A stretch of 64,000 nucleotides of DNA from an uncultured cyanobacterium (lineage in GTDB: Bacteria; Cyanobacteriota; Cyanobacteriia; Cyanobacteriales; Microcystaceae): assembly GCA_963807635.1 (NCBI GenBank), contig CAWEDJ010000028.1, positions 60,823 through 124,822 of the forward strand. Direction: 5' to 3'. The notes under the pieces are model-generated. The model did not search any database. It saw only the letters and a list, made by a program, of their open reading frames with translations, and was not told where the DNA came from. Each line of letters opens with the position of its first letter. Within the stretch, counting starts at the first letter, position 1. The position numbers were made by a program, and so were the translations under genes. Positions 11,006 to 21,344 of the stretch are shown one piece after another.

Positions 11006-11977
11006 TTAAACGATCGCCCCATAGGTTAATCCTAATTGTTTCAACCATTTACGATAGGCCAAAGAACCGCGATCGCAGGGAAGATGGAACTCCATTTTTA
11101 GATCTAAGGGTAAGCGTTTAGGATTGTGGGTTTCGAGAATCGCAAAATCTTCAGCAACCAGGTGATTTTGAAACTTCTCTACTTCTGCATCAGGGATATC
11201 CTGGGCGTAATTCATGGCGATCGCCATCCATCCCACGCATTCTTCCTCAGTAACAGGCGTAACCTGAAACAGAATTGCCAAACAATTGCCATTGGGAGCT
11301 TCTTTGCGGAAATAGGCCGTGAACGGACGAAAAACACGGTAATTGTAAATCACAAATTCCCCCTGACCTGTCCCATCGGGATCGGGTTGCCAGACGCGAA
11401 TATTGTGCAGTGCTACCCCCTGATCGTCGGTAGAAACGGTGAAATCTTCAATAGTAGTTTGGCTGATATCACCTAACGTTCCAGGATGAACAAAGGGAAA
11501 ATGGGAGACATCCAAAAAGTTTTCGATCGCCCGCAATCCACTCGTTTGACAATGATAGGGGCCAGTGAGACAGATACGGTAACTAGGATCATCCCATTCT
11601 GAGAAGATGGGAATTTCTCCGATAGGTTCGCCCAAGCAAACATAAACTAAGCCATACTTTTCTAGAGCATTAAAGGTTTGGACGCAAGCTTGTTTTGGTG
11701 GCGTGTAATGGGGATAGGCGGGGGCGGTGATACATTGCCCTGCATCATTAAACACCAAACCATGATAGGCACAAACCACCGTATTATTCACAATTCGTCC
11801 TCCCGAAAGCCGAACACTGCGGTGAGGACAACGATCTTGCCAGACCAGAATTTGAGCCTCGTTATTGCGCCAAATAACGAGATCCGTATCGAGCAATTTC
11901 ACTTTCGTCAATGTACCGCATTCGATCGCTTCTGAACGGGCAACCACGTGCCAGTCGTTTAATAAAACAGCATCCAT
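11006..11977 (-). CDS. Rieske non-heme iron oxygenase (VanA/NdmA-like demethylase family)
   Basis: Rieske CPHR...CAYHG motif; mononuclear iron motif ENFLDVSHFPFVH. Confidence 0.9.
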   Translation of the reverse strand: MDAVLLNDWHVVARSEAIECGTLTKVKLLDTDLVIWRNNEAQILVWQDRCPHRSVRLSGGRIVNNTVVCAYHGLVFNDAGQCITAPAYPHYTPPKQACVQTFNALEKYGLVYVCLGEPIGEIPIFSEWDDPSYRICLTGPYHCQTSGLRAIENFLDVSHFPFVHPGTLGDISQTTIEDFTVSTDDQGVALHNIRVWQPDPDGTGQGEFVIYNYRVFRPFTAYFRKEAPNGNCLAILFQVTPVTEEECVGWMAIAMNYAQDIPDAEVEKFQNHLVAEDFAILETHNPKRLPLDLKMEFHLPCDRGSLAYRKWLKQLGLTYGAIV

Positions 11978-11991
11978 AGGTCAAAGGCAAA

Positions 11992-12984
11992 TTAATCTTG
12001 TTGGAAAGTCCGCCCTAAAGCGGCAGGGGGTGTACTGCGAATGGTTTGAGCGATCGCCCAGGCAAGTCTGGGAGGCAAAAACTTGAGTAACTGTTCTAAC
12101 CAATGGCTGGAGGTCAGCACTAAAAATAGAATCATTAATACAAAGGGAGCCACCGTAAATACCTGGGTCGGCACGTTGGGAATGGTACTTTGAGCCACGC
12201 TGGCCAAGGATTGGAGAATGCCAAACAGGTAACAACTTAAGGCAACCCGTAGGGGATTCCAGCCGCCAAAAATGACGATCGCCAAGGCAATCCAACCATA
12301 ACCTGCGGTATGTCGGTGACTCCAGCCTGCTTTAAAATCGAGGGAAAAAGCCGCTCCTGCAATACCCACGAGGGAACCGCCCAATAGGGTATAAAAATAA
12401 CGCATAAAAACTACGTTAGTTCCGCGCACAAAAGCCGCCGCAGGTTGTTCCCCTATCGCCCGTAACATCAACCCAGGTCGGGTGCGATAAAAGAAAATCC
12501 AGGTGATAATGATCAGCAAGAAACTCAGATAAACTAGCAGATCACTCTGGAAGAACAACGGCCCAAGGATGGGAATAGCTTGCAAAATTGGGATCTTCAA
12601 ACTGGGAACTGTCGGGCCAGGAATTCGCACAAAGGGATTTCCCAAAAAGGAAGACAAATCCGCACAGAGCAAAGTCAAAACAAAGCCGATCGCTACTTGA
12701 GATTGTCGTAGGGTTAATGCACCAAAGGCCACAATCAGAGCGATCACTGCACCTGTCAGAGCGGCGGCCCCAAACCCTAGTAATAAGCTGGGAACAGTCC
12801 CCAATCCTTCGCTCGTTTTGGCAACCGCAAAGCCCACCATTGCAGACAGTAGGATCGTCCCCTCCGTCGAGAGGTTAATCACTCCAGCCCGTTCAGTAAT
12901 GGTTTCCCCAATGGCGGCAAAGACCAAAGGCGTGGAAGTGGCGATCGCAACGGACAGAATTGAAATGATTTGGGCAGTATCCAT
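11992..12984 (-). CDS. ABC transporter permease, nucleoside/BMP-associated type
   Basis: ERAGVINLSTEG, GLMLRAIGE and GWIALAIVIFGGWNP motifs. Confidence 0.88.
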   Translation of the reverse strand: MDTAQIISILSVAIATSTPLVFAAIGETITERAGVINLSTEGTILLSAMVGFAVAKTSEGLGTVPSLLLGFGAAALTGAVIALIVAFGALTLRQSQVAIGFVLTLLCADLSSFLGNPFVRIPGPTVPSLKIPILQAIPILGPLFFQSDLLVYLSFLLIIITWIFFYRTRPGLMLRAIGEQPAAAFVRGTNVVFMRYFYTLLGGSLVGIAGAAFSLDFKAGWSHRHTAGYGWIALAIVIFGGWNPLRVALSCYLFGILQSLASVAQSTIPNVPTQVFTVAPFVLMILFLVLTSSHWLEQLLKFLPPRLAWAIAQTIRSTPPAALGRTFQQD

Positions 12985-13040
12985 AGGAAATCAGGAATAG
13001 GGAATAGCGGACTTGGAAAAGGCCAATTGCAGTCTATTAT

Positions 13041-14357
13041 TTAACAATCCAAGGTATTTTCGGTTTCCCAAGGTGTAATGCGATCGCAGAAATTTTGCCA
13101 TTCCTGATGTTTGAGTTTGAGATAGGAAGCCACGAATGGTTCACCCAAAGCTTGAGCAATCAGGGGATTAGAGTCTAAGCAACGCAGAGCATCTAGTAAA
13201 TTGCCTGGTAATTTTTTGGCGACTTCTTCGGGTAACGGATCGGTATAGGTATTGTTGGAATAGGGTTTCCCTGGATCGCGTTTTTGCTCAATGCCATCCA
13301 GACCCGCCGCAATCAAAGCCGCAGCTAAAAGGTAGGGATTGGCTGAACCATCGGCTAGGCGAAACTCAAATCTGCCTGCTTCGGGAATGCGGATCGTATG
13401 GGTGCGGTTATTGCCACTATAGCTAATGGAGTTGGGCGACCAGGTTGCACCAGAAGCGGTGATGGGGGCATTAATGCGTTTATAGGAATTAACGGTGGGA
13501 TTGGTAAAGGCGCAAATCGCGTCGGTAGAGTGCAAGACTCCGCCGATAAATTGGTAAGCCAGACCTGAAAGCCCTAATTCTCCTTGATTATCCTCAAAAA
13601 GATTGGTATTTCCCGCTAAATCCCAGACAGAAAGGTGGGTATGGCAACCATTCCCAGTGAGGTGAGAAAAGGGTTTAGGCATAAAGGTTGCTCGCATTCC
13701 GTGTTTTTCCGCGATCGCCTTGACCATATATTTAAAAAAAGCATGACGATCTGCTGTAACCAGAGCATCGGCATACATCCAGTTCATTTCAAACTGCCCA
13801 TTAGCATCTTCGTGATCATTTTGATAGGCTCCCCAACCCAAGGCCAGCATGGCATCACAGATTTCTGCAATAATATCAAATCGTCGCATCAAGGATTGTT
13901 GGTCATAGCAGGGTTTACTTTGGCGATCGCGTTTATCCGAGAGTTGTTCACCGTCGGCGGATAAAAGAAAAAATTCGCACTCTACCCCCGTTTTGACTCG
14001 ATATCCTTTGGTTTCTGCTTGATTGATAACTTGCTTGAGAACCAGTCGGGGCGTTTGCATAATGGGTTCTCCTGCCGTTGTGTGCAGATCCGCCGCTAAC
14101 CAGCCCACATCGGGTTGCCAGGGTAATGGGATCAGACTAGATTGATCAGGAATCGCCAACACATCAGGATCGGCGGGAGTCATATCCAACCAAGCCGCAA
14201 AACCTGCAAAGCCCGCCCCATTGGTCGCCATTGTATCGATCGCCTGGGCAGGAACCAACTTTGATCGCTGGACTCCGAAAAGATCGGTAAAACTAATCAG
14301 GAAATAACGAATACCTTTTTGGCGGGCAATTTCAGAAAGAAGAGTCATAAAATACAT
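13041..14357 (-). CDS. glnT: Type III glutamate-ammonia ligase / gamma-glutamylmethylamide synthetase-like
   Basis: YFLISFTDLFG, GAGFAGFA, QNDHEDANGQFE, TFMPKPF and GNNRTH motifs. Confidence 0.88.
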   Translation of the reverse strand: MYFMTLLSEIARQKGIRYFLISFTDLFGVQRSKLVPAQAIDTMATNGAGFAGFAAWLDMTPADPDVLAIPDQSSLIPLPWQPDVGWLAADLHTTAGEPIMQTPRLVLKQVINQAETKGYRVKTGVECEFFLLSADGEQLSDKRDRQSKPCYDQQSLMRRFDIIAEICDAMLALGWGAYQNDHEDANGQFEMNWMYADALVTADRHAFFKYMVKAIAEKHGMRATFMPKPFSHLTGNGCHTHLSVWDLAGNTNLFEDNQGELGLSGLAYQFIGGVLHSTDAICAFTNPTVNSYKRINAPITASGATWSPNSISYSGNNRTHTIRIPEAGRFEFRLADGSANPYLLAAALIAAGLDGIEQKRDPGKPYSNNTYTDPLPEEVAKKLPGNLLDALRCLDSNPLIAQALGEPFVASYLKLKHQEWQNFCDRITPWETENTLDC

Positions 14358-14381
14358 TTTTAGAGAATGGCTTTAATCTTT

Positions 14382-15554
14382 TTAATAGCTTTGCTTTTCA
14401 ATAATTCTGATCATCACCTTTTCGATGCTTCCCTTCATAAAACCGATAAAGAAGCTAAAAAAATGAGAAGACTGGGCTATTTTTAGGGATAATTTACTAT
14501 AGCTTAACAGCTTGCCGAATTTTTGGGATAAAAGACCTTCATATTCAGCAAAAAATGAGCTATCGAAACATTCTTTTTTCAAGGCTTCCTGAATTTTTTT
14601 TGCAGCGATTAATCCCGACATCATGCCCGTGCCAACTCCCTCTTTATAAAAAGGATTTGCCAAACCTGCCGCATCACCCACTAATAAAAAATTATCCCCA
14701 CTAACCCTTAAATGACCAAAGAAAGAGGGGATTCCCCAGCCTCTCCAATCCCCCAAGCGATGGGCGGAAGTGAATTTTTCTTTGATTTGGGGATGGGTTG
14801 TAATAATATTTTCTATTTCTGTTTTGAGATTAATTTTATGTAAACCAATTTTCGCGGTATTTCCACCAAAACTCACGTTGCTAATTCCGTCTACTAAAGG
14901 AAAAATATAAAAGAAGAGTGGCATATTTTGATAAATAAGACGAATTTCTGCAATATTTTCTGGTAATAAGTCTTTTATTCCTTCAAAATAAGCACTAATA
15001 AAGGTCGAAGTATGCTTTTTATCGGGCTTATTGTTACCCAGCTTACGGCGTACTAGGGACTGAATACCGTCCGCCCCCACAAGAATTTTGGTTACCACTT
15101 CGTTGCCGTCTTCTAGAGTCAGTTTTAATCCCTGTCCGTTTTTAAGTCTTTCAATGTCTTTTAGACCAACTCCTAGCCGTACATCAGCATAATTGGAAGG
15201 TAAATTTTCTACTAAAAAATTATCAAAATCGATTCTTTTACCGTAAAAAAATGGAGCATAGGGTTTTCTTTCTTTGCTTGGATAAATATCCAAACAGATT
15301 TTATCTGAAGCATAAAAATTAGTTTTATAAGAATGCAAAAAAGCAGGACTTTCGATAAATTTAGTCAATAGTTTTGGGTCAATTTCTTTTAATACTTGAA
15401 ATACATATAAAACAAGTCCATCTCGACAGGTCTTATCCCTGGGAAAAACAGCTTTATCCACTACAACATGGGAGATTCCCATTTTAGAAAGCATCAAGGA
15501 AGTTGTTGCTCCTGAAGGGCCAGCCCCCACGACACAGACATTAGTTGTTTGCAT
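14382..15554 (-). CDS. Geranylgeranyl-reductase family FAD-dependent oxidoreductase
   Basis: GAGPSG, FPRDKTC, GADG and LVGDAAG...EGV motifs. Confidence 0.85.
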   Translation of the reverse strand: MQTTNVCVVGAGPSGATTSLMLSKMGISHVVVDKAVFPRDKTCRDGLVLYVFQVLKEIDPKLLTKFIESPAFLHSYKTNFYASDKICLDIYPSKERKPYAPFFYGKRIDFDNFLVENLPSNYADVRLGVGLKDIERLKNGQGLKLTLEDGNEVVTKILVGADGIQSLVRRKLGNNKPDKKHTSTFISAYFEGIKDLLPENIAEIRLIYQNMPLFFYIFPLVDGISNVSFGGNTAKIGLHKINLKTEIENIITTHPQIKEKFTSAHRLGDWRGWGIPSFFGHLRVSGDNFLLVGDAAGLANPFYKEGVGTGMMSGLIAAKKIQEALKKECFDSSFFAEYEGLLSQKFGKLLSYSKLSLKIAQSSHFFSFFIGFMKGSIEKVMIRIIEKQSY

Positions 15555-16569
15555 AATTTTCTAGTAATTTATGAACGGCTTGACGAATAAAGGCTTGATC
15601 CCCTGGATTTTGATAGGGATTTCCCGCTCGATGACCCCAAATGGAAGGAATCGGTAAAAATTCAGCATTCGGAATCAAATTTGCCTCGGCTTCGCAATCT
15701 TCGGAGGTGAAATATAAATCCGTTGTTGAGGGCATCACGAGGGTTTTGGCTTGAATCGAACTTAAGGCACGATGATAATCCCCTTGATAAATAGAATTAT
15801 TGCTTATATCACAGCGTAACCAGGTATCAATCATTGCCAATAAGTTATGGGGATCGCGTTTACGATAGCCCGCCTCCCAGCCCCGTTGCAAATAATCTTC
15901 CACAGATTCATAACCCAATTGATAATAAATTCCTTCTCGATAAAAGGCTTGGGATGCGGCCCAACTGGCATAAATCCGCGCAAAAGTCCGAAAACCCCGT
16001 TCTGGAATGCCTTCAAAATGAGTCCCTGTCCAAGCGCGATCGCAGGTTAATGCTAATCTCAGACTTTCTAAAAAAATACGATTGTGGTCAGTCGTTCGAG
16101 CGGTTCCACAGAGAGCGACGATTCTTTCGACTTTATCTTTAAATAAAGCTCCCCAATGATAGGCTTGTTGCGCTCCCATCGACCAGCCATAGATCATTGC
16201 CAGTTTTTCGATACCAAACACTTCTCGGAGTAATTTTTCCTGAGCGAAAACATTATCCCCATGACTAAACCAAAAACCCTGTTCCGCTAAACCGCACGCC
16301 TGACAATTACTCGGTGAACTGGATAGCCCATTGCCAAACATATTGGGAATAACAATAAACCATCGCGTTGGATCAAGAATGCCGTCGGGACGAATCAGCC
16401 ACTCAATATCTAGGTGAGTTGCGCCGTAGGAAGTGGGATAAAGAATGACATTACTGCGATCGCGGTTTAATTGACCATAGGTTTGATAGACCAATTGAGC
16501 TTGGGGCAGAATTGCACCACATTGAAGAGCCAAGTTTTCAATCGTAAAAGTGCCAGCACTGGTTATCAT
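15541..16569 (-). CDS. Alpha/beta hydrolase (homoserine O-acetyltransferase-like)
   Basis: GWSMG nucleophile elbow, DLYF Asp and WGHRAG His. Confidence 0.85.
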   Translation of the reverse strand: MITSAGTFTIENLALQCGAILPQAQLVYQTYGQLNRDRSNVILYPTSYGATHLDIEWLIRPDGILDPTRWFIVIPNMFGNGLSSSPSNCQACGLAEQGFWFSHGDNVFAQEKLLREVFGIEKLAMIYGWSMGAQQAYHWGALFKDKVERIVALCGTARTTDHNRIFLESLRLALTCDRAWTGTHFEGIPERGFRTFARIYASWAASQAFYREGIYYQLGYESVEDYLQRGWEAGYRKRDPHNLLAMIDTWLRCDISNNSIYQGDYHRALSSIQAKTLVMPSTTDLYFTSEDCEAEANLIPNAEFLPIPSIWGHRAGNPYQNPGDQAFIRQAVHKLLENYANN

Positions 16570-17525
16570 CGGACAGTCTCAATGGATTGACCGAAACCAG
16601 CGATAATATTGCGATTCACCTTCACATAACCCGATTCAACTCGTTCTAACTGGGGTAATAATTTAATATGAGCCTTCGCCAGAGAATGAAAGGGAATCGA
16701 GGCATAGAGATGATGCTCGGCGTGGTAGGGCATATTCCACATTAAAAACCGAATCGGCCAGAGAGTTAGAGTCGTGCGGGTATTGGTTAAAGGATTTTTA
16801 TCATAAGTACAGCCCGTATGTTCCGCCAAAAGAATCATTCGCAAAATCGGTTGCCCGATCGCCAAGGGCAATAACCAATAGATTAAAAACCAGGGTTGTT
16901 TAAAAAAGATTGAAACGGCGATCGCGAGGAGATAGACTAGTAATTGTAATCGAGTGGAACGAATCACTTCCTGTCGTGCTGTTTCTGAAATATAGGGACA
17001 ATTCTCTAATTTTCCTAACGCAATGCGAAAATGCCCTAATATTTTTCCTCGCCACCAGGGAAGCGCGCTAATTTCTAACAGGTATTCGCGTAAATTTTGG
17101 GGTTTGGGGTCTTCGAGTTCGGGATCTTTATCGGGAATTTGGGTATAACGATGGTGCCATTTGTGATAACGCCGATAAAAAGTACTGTTATAAAACGACA
17201 ACAGGCCAGCAAACCAGGCAACGCCGTCATTCAAGCGATTATTCTCAAAGGCCGTGCGATGACTACATTCATGCAAAGTCGCAAACATCGTCGCCAGACT
17301 CAAACCATAAACCACCACCGCAGGAAAGGAAATAAACCAATGACTATTTGTTACCCAGAGATAGACACTGGCAAGGATTACTGCTAAATGTCCTAAAAAT
17401 TGAAGCATTCCTTTAAGATTAGAACGCTCATTCAGAATTTTTAGATCTTCTGGGGAAAGAAGCGGATTAGCTTTGGTCTTATTATCATTCTCTGGTGGCG
17501 ATAAAACAGGTTCGGCGATCGACAT
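16566..17525 (-). CDS. Membrane di-iron fatty acid desaturase-like protein (MocD-like)
   Basis: Three His boxes: HECSH, HKWHH and HAEHH. Confidence 0.88.
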   Translation of the reverse strand: MSIAEPVLSPPENDNKTKANPLLSPEDLKILNERSNLKGMLQFLGHLAVILASVYLWVTNSHWFISFPAVVVYGLSLATMFATLHECSHRTAFENNRLNDGVAWFAGLLSFYNSTFYRRYHKWHHRYTQIPDKDPELEDPKPQNLREYLLEISALPWWRGKILGHFRIALGKLENCPYISETARQEVIRSTRLQLLVYLLAIAVSIFFKQPWFLIYWLLPLAIGQPILRMILLAEHTGCTYDKNPLTNTRTTLTLWPIRFLMWNMPYHAEHHLYASIPFHSLAKAHIKLLPQLERVESGYVKVNRNIIAGFGQSIETVR

Positions 17526-17636
17526 TGGGATTAAGGCAGATGAATTGGAGAAAATTCTAGTTTATAGCTTTGGACGGGCTATGAAGTTGTCATTAAGAAT
17601 ACGAAATTCACAAAGAATGCTTCTGCTTCCTTGTAG

Positions 17637-19162
17637 CAGCAATTCCAAATTCAGAATGTAGCTAAAGACAAAAAAAACTCAAGCTTTTTACTGGCAAGGG
17701 TTTTACCTTGAAGATTTCCAAGTAAGAAATTAAGAAGAATTGGAAGCAGCAGGAGAAAGGGGGTCATCAAGCATAAAATCTAAAAGATGATGCCAGCTTT
17801 CAAAGAGTAGATATTTGGTTAAAGAAAGAAAGTCTTGGAAGAATCCCTTACGAGTACAGCGTTGGACGCGAATCCTCTGGTAACGTTCATCAACCAAACC
17901 CAAAACCGTGTGGAAGAGAAAAGCCAGTAGATTGAGAGTGAGCAAAACGGAGGCAAGGTGTTGTTTTCCATGCCCAAAATTATGTTCTAAATGATAGCCC
18001 CGATTTTTGAGAATATTGTGATTCTCATTCTCCGTGCGCCAACGAGTCCGTCCAGCACGACAGACATCAAGAACGACTTGAGGGGTGAGAAAATGGTTGG
18101 TAATCCAACTATTGTGATGGAGGAGTTGAGCATCGGATTCGCGGTAGACTTTTAGTTCACACCAGTTAACCAACAAAGCAGGCTGTTGCTCTCGCAGGGG
18201 GATTTGATTGAGATAACGACATTGCCAAATCTCAAAATACTTCCCATTCCAGCGTCGGTGTTGAGTAGTTTTGAGTTCCCCGTTGGCTTCTAAATAGGCT
18301 AACCACTCATAAAGTGTGGGATGAGAAGTCGGCAAACAGACGAAGATAAAGTTGAAGTCGTGGTCTAGACTATGCTGACAAGTCGGCTGACGACTGAACA
18401 AGTCATCCCCTAGTAGCGTTATCTTCTGCCATGCAAACAAACTGGCATGATTACTTATCCAGCGTTTTGCCGCATTTTGCTCGCAATCCTGTTTTTCCGA
18501 CCCGTCTTGAGGAGTGATAAATTCAGGAGCTAAGGAGAAAACTGATTCATGGTCTGGGGAAACAATCACTGGTAATAATGCTTGATGAAAGTAGGTGACT
18601 TTTCCCTGTTTTGACGTTTTGGTTGAACAGCATGGACAATTGACTTTCCCTGAACTGTGATAATTTGTTCCATCCATCGCCACTAATAGATTTCCCCCCA
18701 ATATCTCATAAGATTTTAGGAATCCCATGTTTCTCAATGCTTGGTAAATCAACCCAAACAATGGGAATAGACTGCTCGCTGTTATCCCATCCACAATATT
18801 ACGAATCTGCTCTACTGTCGGTATTTTGTTTAGTCCAAACAAACTTTGAGCATTATCTCGCCCACAACGACTGTTGAGTTGACGTTGGTACTCTAAAAAT
18901 GACTCATTTTGCGTAAAAAAGGCGGCAAATGCACCCAATATCGCCTCTCTTAGACTATATTTCGTTGCGTTACTCGCTGAGCGCGGGTCATCTATTTTTG
19001 CGATAACCTCGTTTAAACACTCCATGATTCCATCAAAACTTAGGTCGGTTACTTTCATTTCACACTCTACAAAACCAGCAAAAGTTTCTCTTCTTGTTCA
19101 TAGACCCCTAAATGCGAATACCATTCTGTTTTTGTTTATACCATTTGAATTTGGAATTGCTG
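17637..19162 (-). mobile_element. Complete IS element (ISNCY-type), 1526 bp
   Basis: 17-bp perfect terminal IR CAGCAATTCCAAATTCA; 9-bp target duplication TCCTTGTAG at 17628-17636 and 19163-19171. Confidence 0.93.
17730..19058 (-). CDS. ISNCY-type DDE transposase
   Basis: AMDGT, QDCEQNAAKRW, LGDDL and RWRTENE...LEHNFGHG motifs. Confidence 0.9.
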   Translation of the reverse strand: MKVTDLSFDGIMECLNEVIAKIDDPRSASNATKYSLREAILGAFAAFFTQNESFLEYQRQLNSRCGRDNAQSLFGLNKIPTVEQIRNIVDGITASSLFPLFGLIYQALRNMGFLKSYEILGGNLLVAMDGTNYHSSGKVNCPCCSTKTSKQGKVTYFHQALLPVIVSPDHESVFSLAPEFITPQDGSEKQDCEQNAAKRWISNHASLFAWQKITLLGDDLFSRQPTCQHSLDHDFNFIFVCLPTSHPTLYEWLAYLEANGELKTTQHRRWNGKYFEIWQCRYLNQIPLREQQPALLVNWCELKVYRESDAQLLHHNSWITNHFLTPQVVLDVCRAGRTRWRTENENHNILKNRGYHLEHNFGHGKQHLASVLLTLNLLAFLFHTVLGLVDERYQRIRVQRCTRKGFFQDFLSLTKYLLFESWHHLLDFMLDDPLSPAASNSS

Positions 19163-19347
19163 TCCTTGTAGTCTTCTAGTTGACTTTTTCTGGTTGAGCC
19201 TACTCGTTTCGGTTTTAGGTTCCCCTATTATCGTTACAATTTCAGCCATTGATTAACTGTACTCTTATTCACCTTAGGCGATCGCATTAATTGGATCGCC
19301 TTGGTTGGAAACCTCACTCAGAAAGGGGGAAGCTTAGGGCAAAGCTT

Positions 19348-19365
19348 GTTACAATAGTTTACATA
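19348..19365 (+). promoter_or_regulatory. HLR1 (RpaB-binding) direct repeat upstream of the ABC1 kinase gene
   Basis: GTTACAAT-AG-TTTACATA fits (G/T)TTACA(T/A)(T/A)-N2-(G/T)TTACA(T/A)(T/A), 23 bp before the ATG. Confidence 0.7.
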
Positions 19366-19388
19366 GTCTGTATTCTCAGTGTTCACCT

Positions 19389-21337
19389 ATGATCCAAGCG
19401 ATGATTACGCCCCCTTCTAACTCTGTGGAACTCGCAGAAGAGATTATTTCCGTAGAAGTACAACCGATTCATATCCCTCTCGGCCATACCGAAGATTTGG
19501 GGCCTGTCAGTGATATGTTCCCCGAAAGCTGGCGTTATCATCCTGAATTAATTACTGAGTTCTATAAACAGCGTCCTTTACAAGTTTTTGCTCGTTTATT
19601 GAATATCATCATCCCCTTTCTCTCCTTTATCGTGAGTTTATGGTGGGATAAATTCTGCGGCAAAGATCCTAAAGGCGATCGCAAACGGGCGATTCAACTG
19701 CGAGAATTATTAACGAAACTAGGGCCTACCTATATCAAAGTCGGACAAGCCCTCTCCACCCGTCCCGATCTGGTTCCGCCGATCTATTTAGATGAACTGA
19801 CGACTTTACAGGATCAACTACCGCCCTTTTCTAATGAAATCGCCTATCAATTAATTGAAGAAGAACTGGGTGCGCACCCTTCAGAAATCTATGCCGAAAT
19901 TTCCCCCGAATCCATTGCCGCCGCCTCATTAGGTCAGGTTTATCGAGGAATCCTCAAAACAGGTGAAAAGGTTGCAATCAAAGTCCAACGCCCCGATTTG
20001 ATCAAACGCATCACCCTCGACATTTACATTATGCGATCGCTATCTTTGTGGGCAAATCGCAATGTAAAAAGAGTCCGCTCTGACTTAGTTGCCATTACCG
20101 ATGAATTGGCCAGTCGGATTTTTGAAGAAATGAACTATATCCAAGAGGGACGCAACGCCGAAAAATTTGCCCAACTCTATGGACACATGAAAGAAATTTA
20201 CGTTCCCAGTATTTATTGGCAATATAGCGGTCGTCGAGTTTTGACGATGGAATGGATTGAAGGAACAAAATTAACCAATATGCGGGCAATTCAAGCTCAG
20301 GGGATTGATGCCACCCATTTAGTTGAAGTAGGGGTGCAATGTTCTTTGCGTCAATTATTAGAAAATGGCTTTTTCCATGCCGATCCCCATCCTGGAAATT
20401 TATTGGCCATGAAAGATGGCCGTTTAGCCTATCTGGATTTTGGCATGATGAGTACGATTAAGCCCTATCAACGCTATGGTCTAATTGAAGCGGTGGTGCA
20501 TCTGGTAAATCGAGATTTTGAGTCCCTGACCAGGATTATGTGAATCTAGATTTTCTCAAAGCGGATACGGATCTCAGACCGATTGTTCCCGCCCTTTCCC
20601 AGGTTTTCGGCAATGCTCTGGGGGCGAGTGTGGCGGAGTTGAATTTCAAAAGTATTACCGATCAAATGTCGGCCATGATGTATGAATTTCCCTTTCGAGT
20701 TCCCGCCTATTATGCCCTGATTATTCGCTCAATGGTGACGTTAGAAGGGATTGCGATCGGTATTGACCCCAATTTTAAGGTATTAACGAAAGCCTATCCC
20801 TATGTGGCAAAACGGCTTTTAACGGATGAGTCTCCCCAATTACGATCTTCTCTCCAGGACTTGTTATTTCAAGATGGGAGCTTTCGTTGGAATCGGTTGG
20901 AAAATTTGTTAAATAATGCCAAAAATTCTAGTGATTTCGATTTTGATAAGATTTTAGACCAGGCTACTGAGTTTTTGTTCTCCGATCGCGGTAATTTTAT
21001 TCGGGAACGGGTGGTCAAGGAATTGATTAATGCGATCGATTTGTTTGGTCGTCGTAGTTGGTTTAATTTGACAACGGGGATTCGGGAACAGGTGGGTTTG
21101 GCTCTCCAGGAAAGGCCGATAGAACTGCAAGATAATGCTAAGACCTTCGAGCATCTTAAGAGTATCTGGCAGATTTTACGAAATACGCCAGGTTTTGAGC
21201 CGATGAAATTAGTTCCTGTTCTCAGTAAACTGATTACCAATCCTGAAACCCATCGCATGGGCCAACAGGTAGCTGAGGGTCTAGCCCAAAAAGCGATCGC
21301 CCGTTTAATCCGCAATGTGGTCTTAGAGTGGGATTAA
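19389..21337 (+). CDS. ABC1/AarF/UbiB atypical kinase, frameshift ~20530
   Basis: LGPTYIKVGQALSTRPD, AASLGQVY, VAIKVQRP, FHADPHPGN and LDFGMM; C-terminal half in the next frame. Confidence 0.92.
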
Positions 21338-21344
21338 ATCAGCC

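Noticed and set aside
17526..19388. NtcA site controlling the glnT operon
   Set aside because: No convincing GTA-N8-TAC found by eye on either side of the IS
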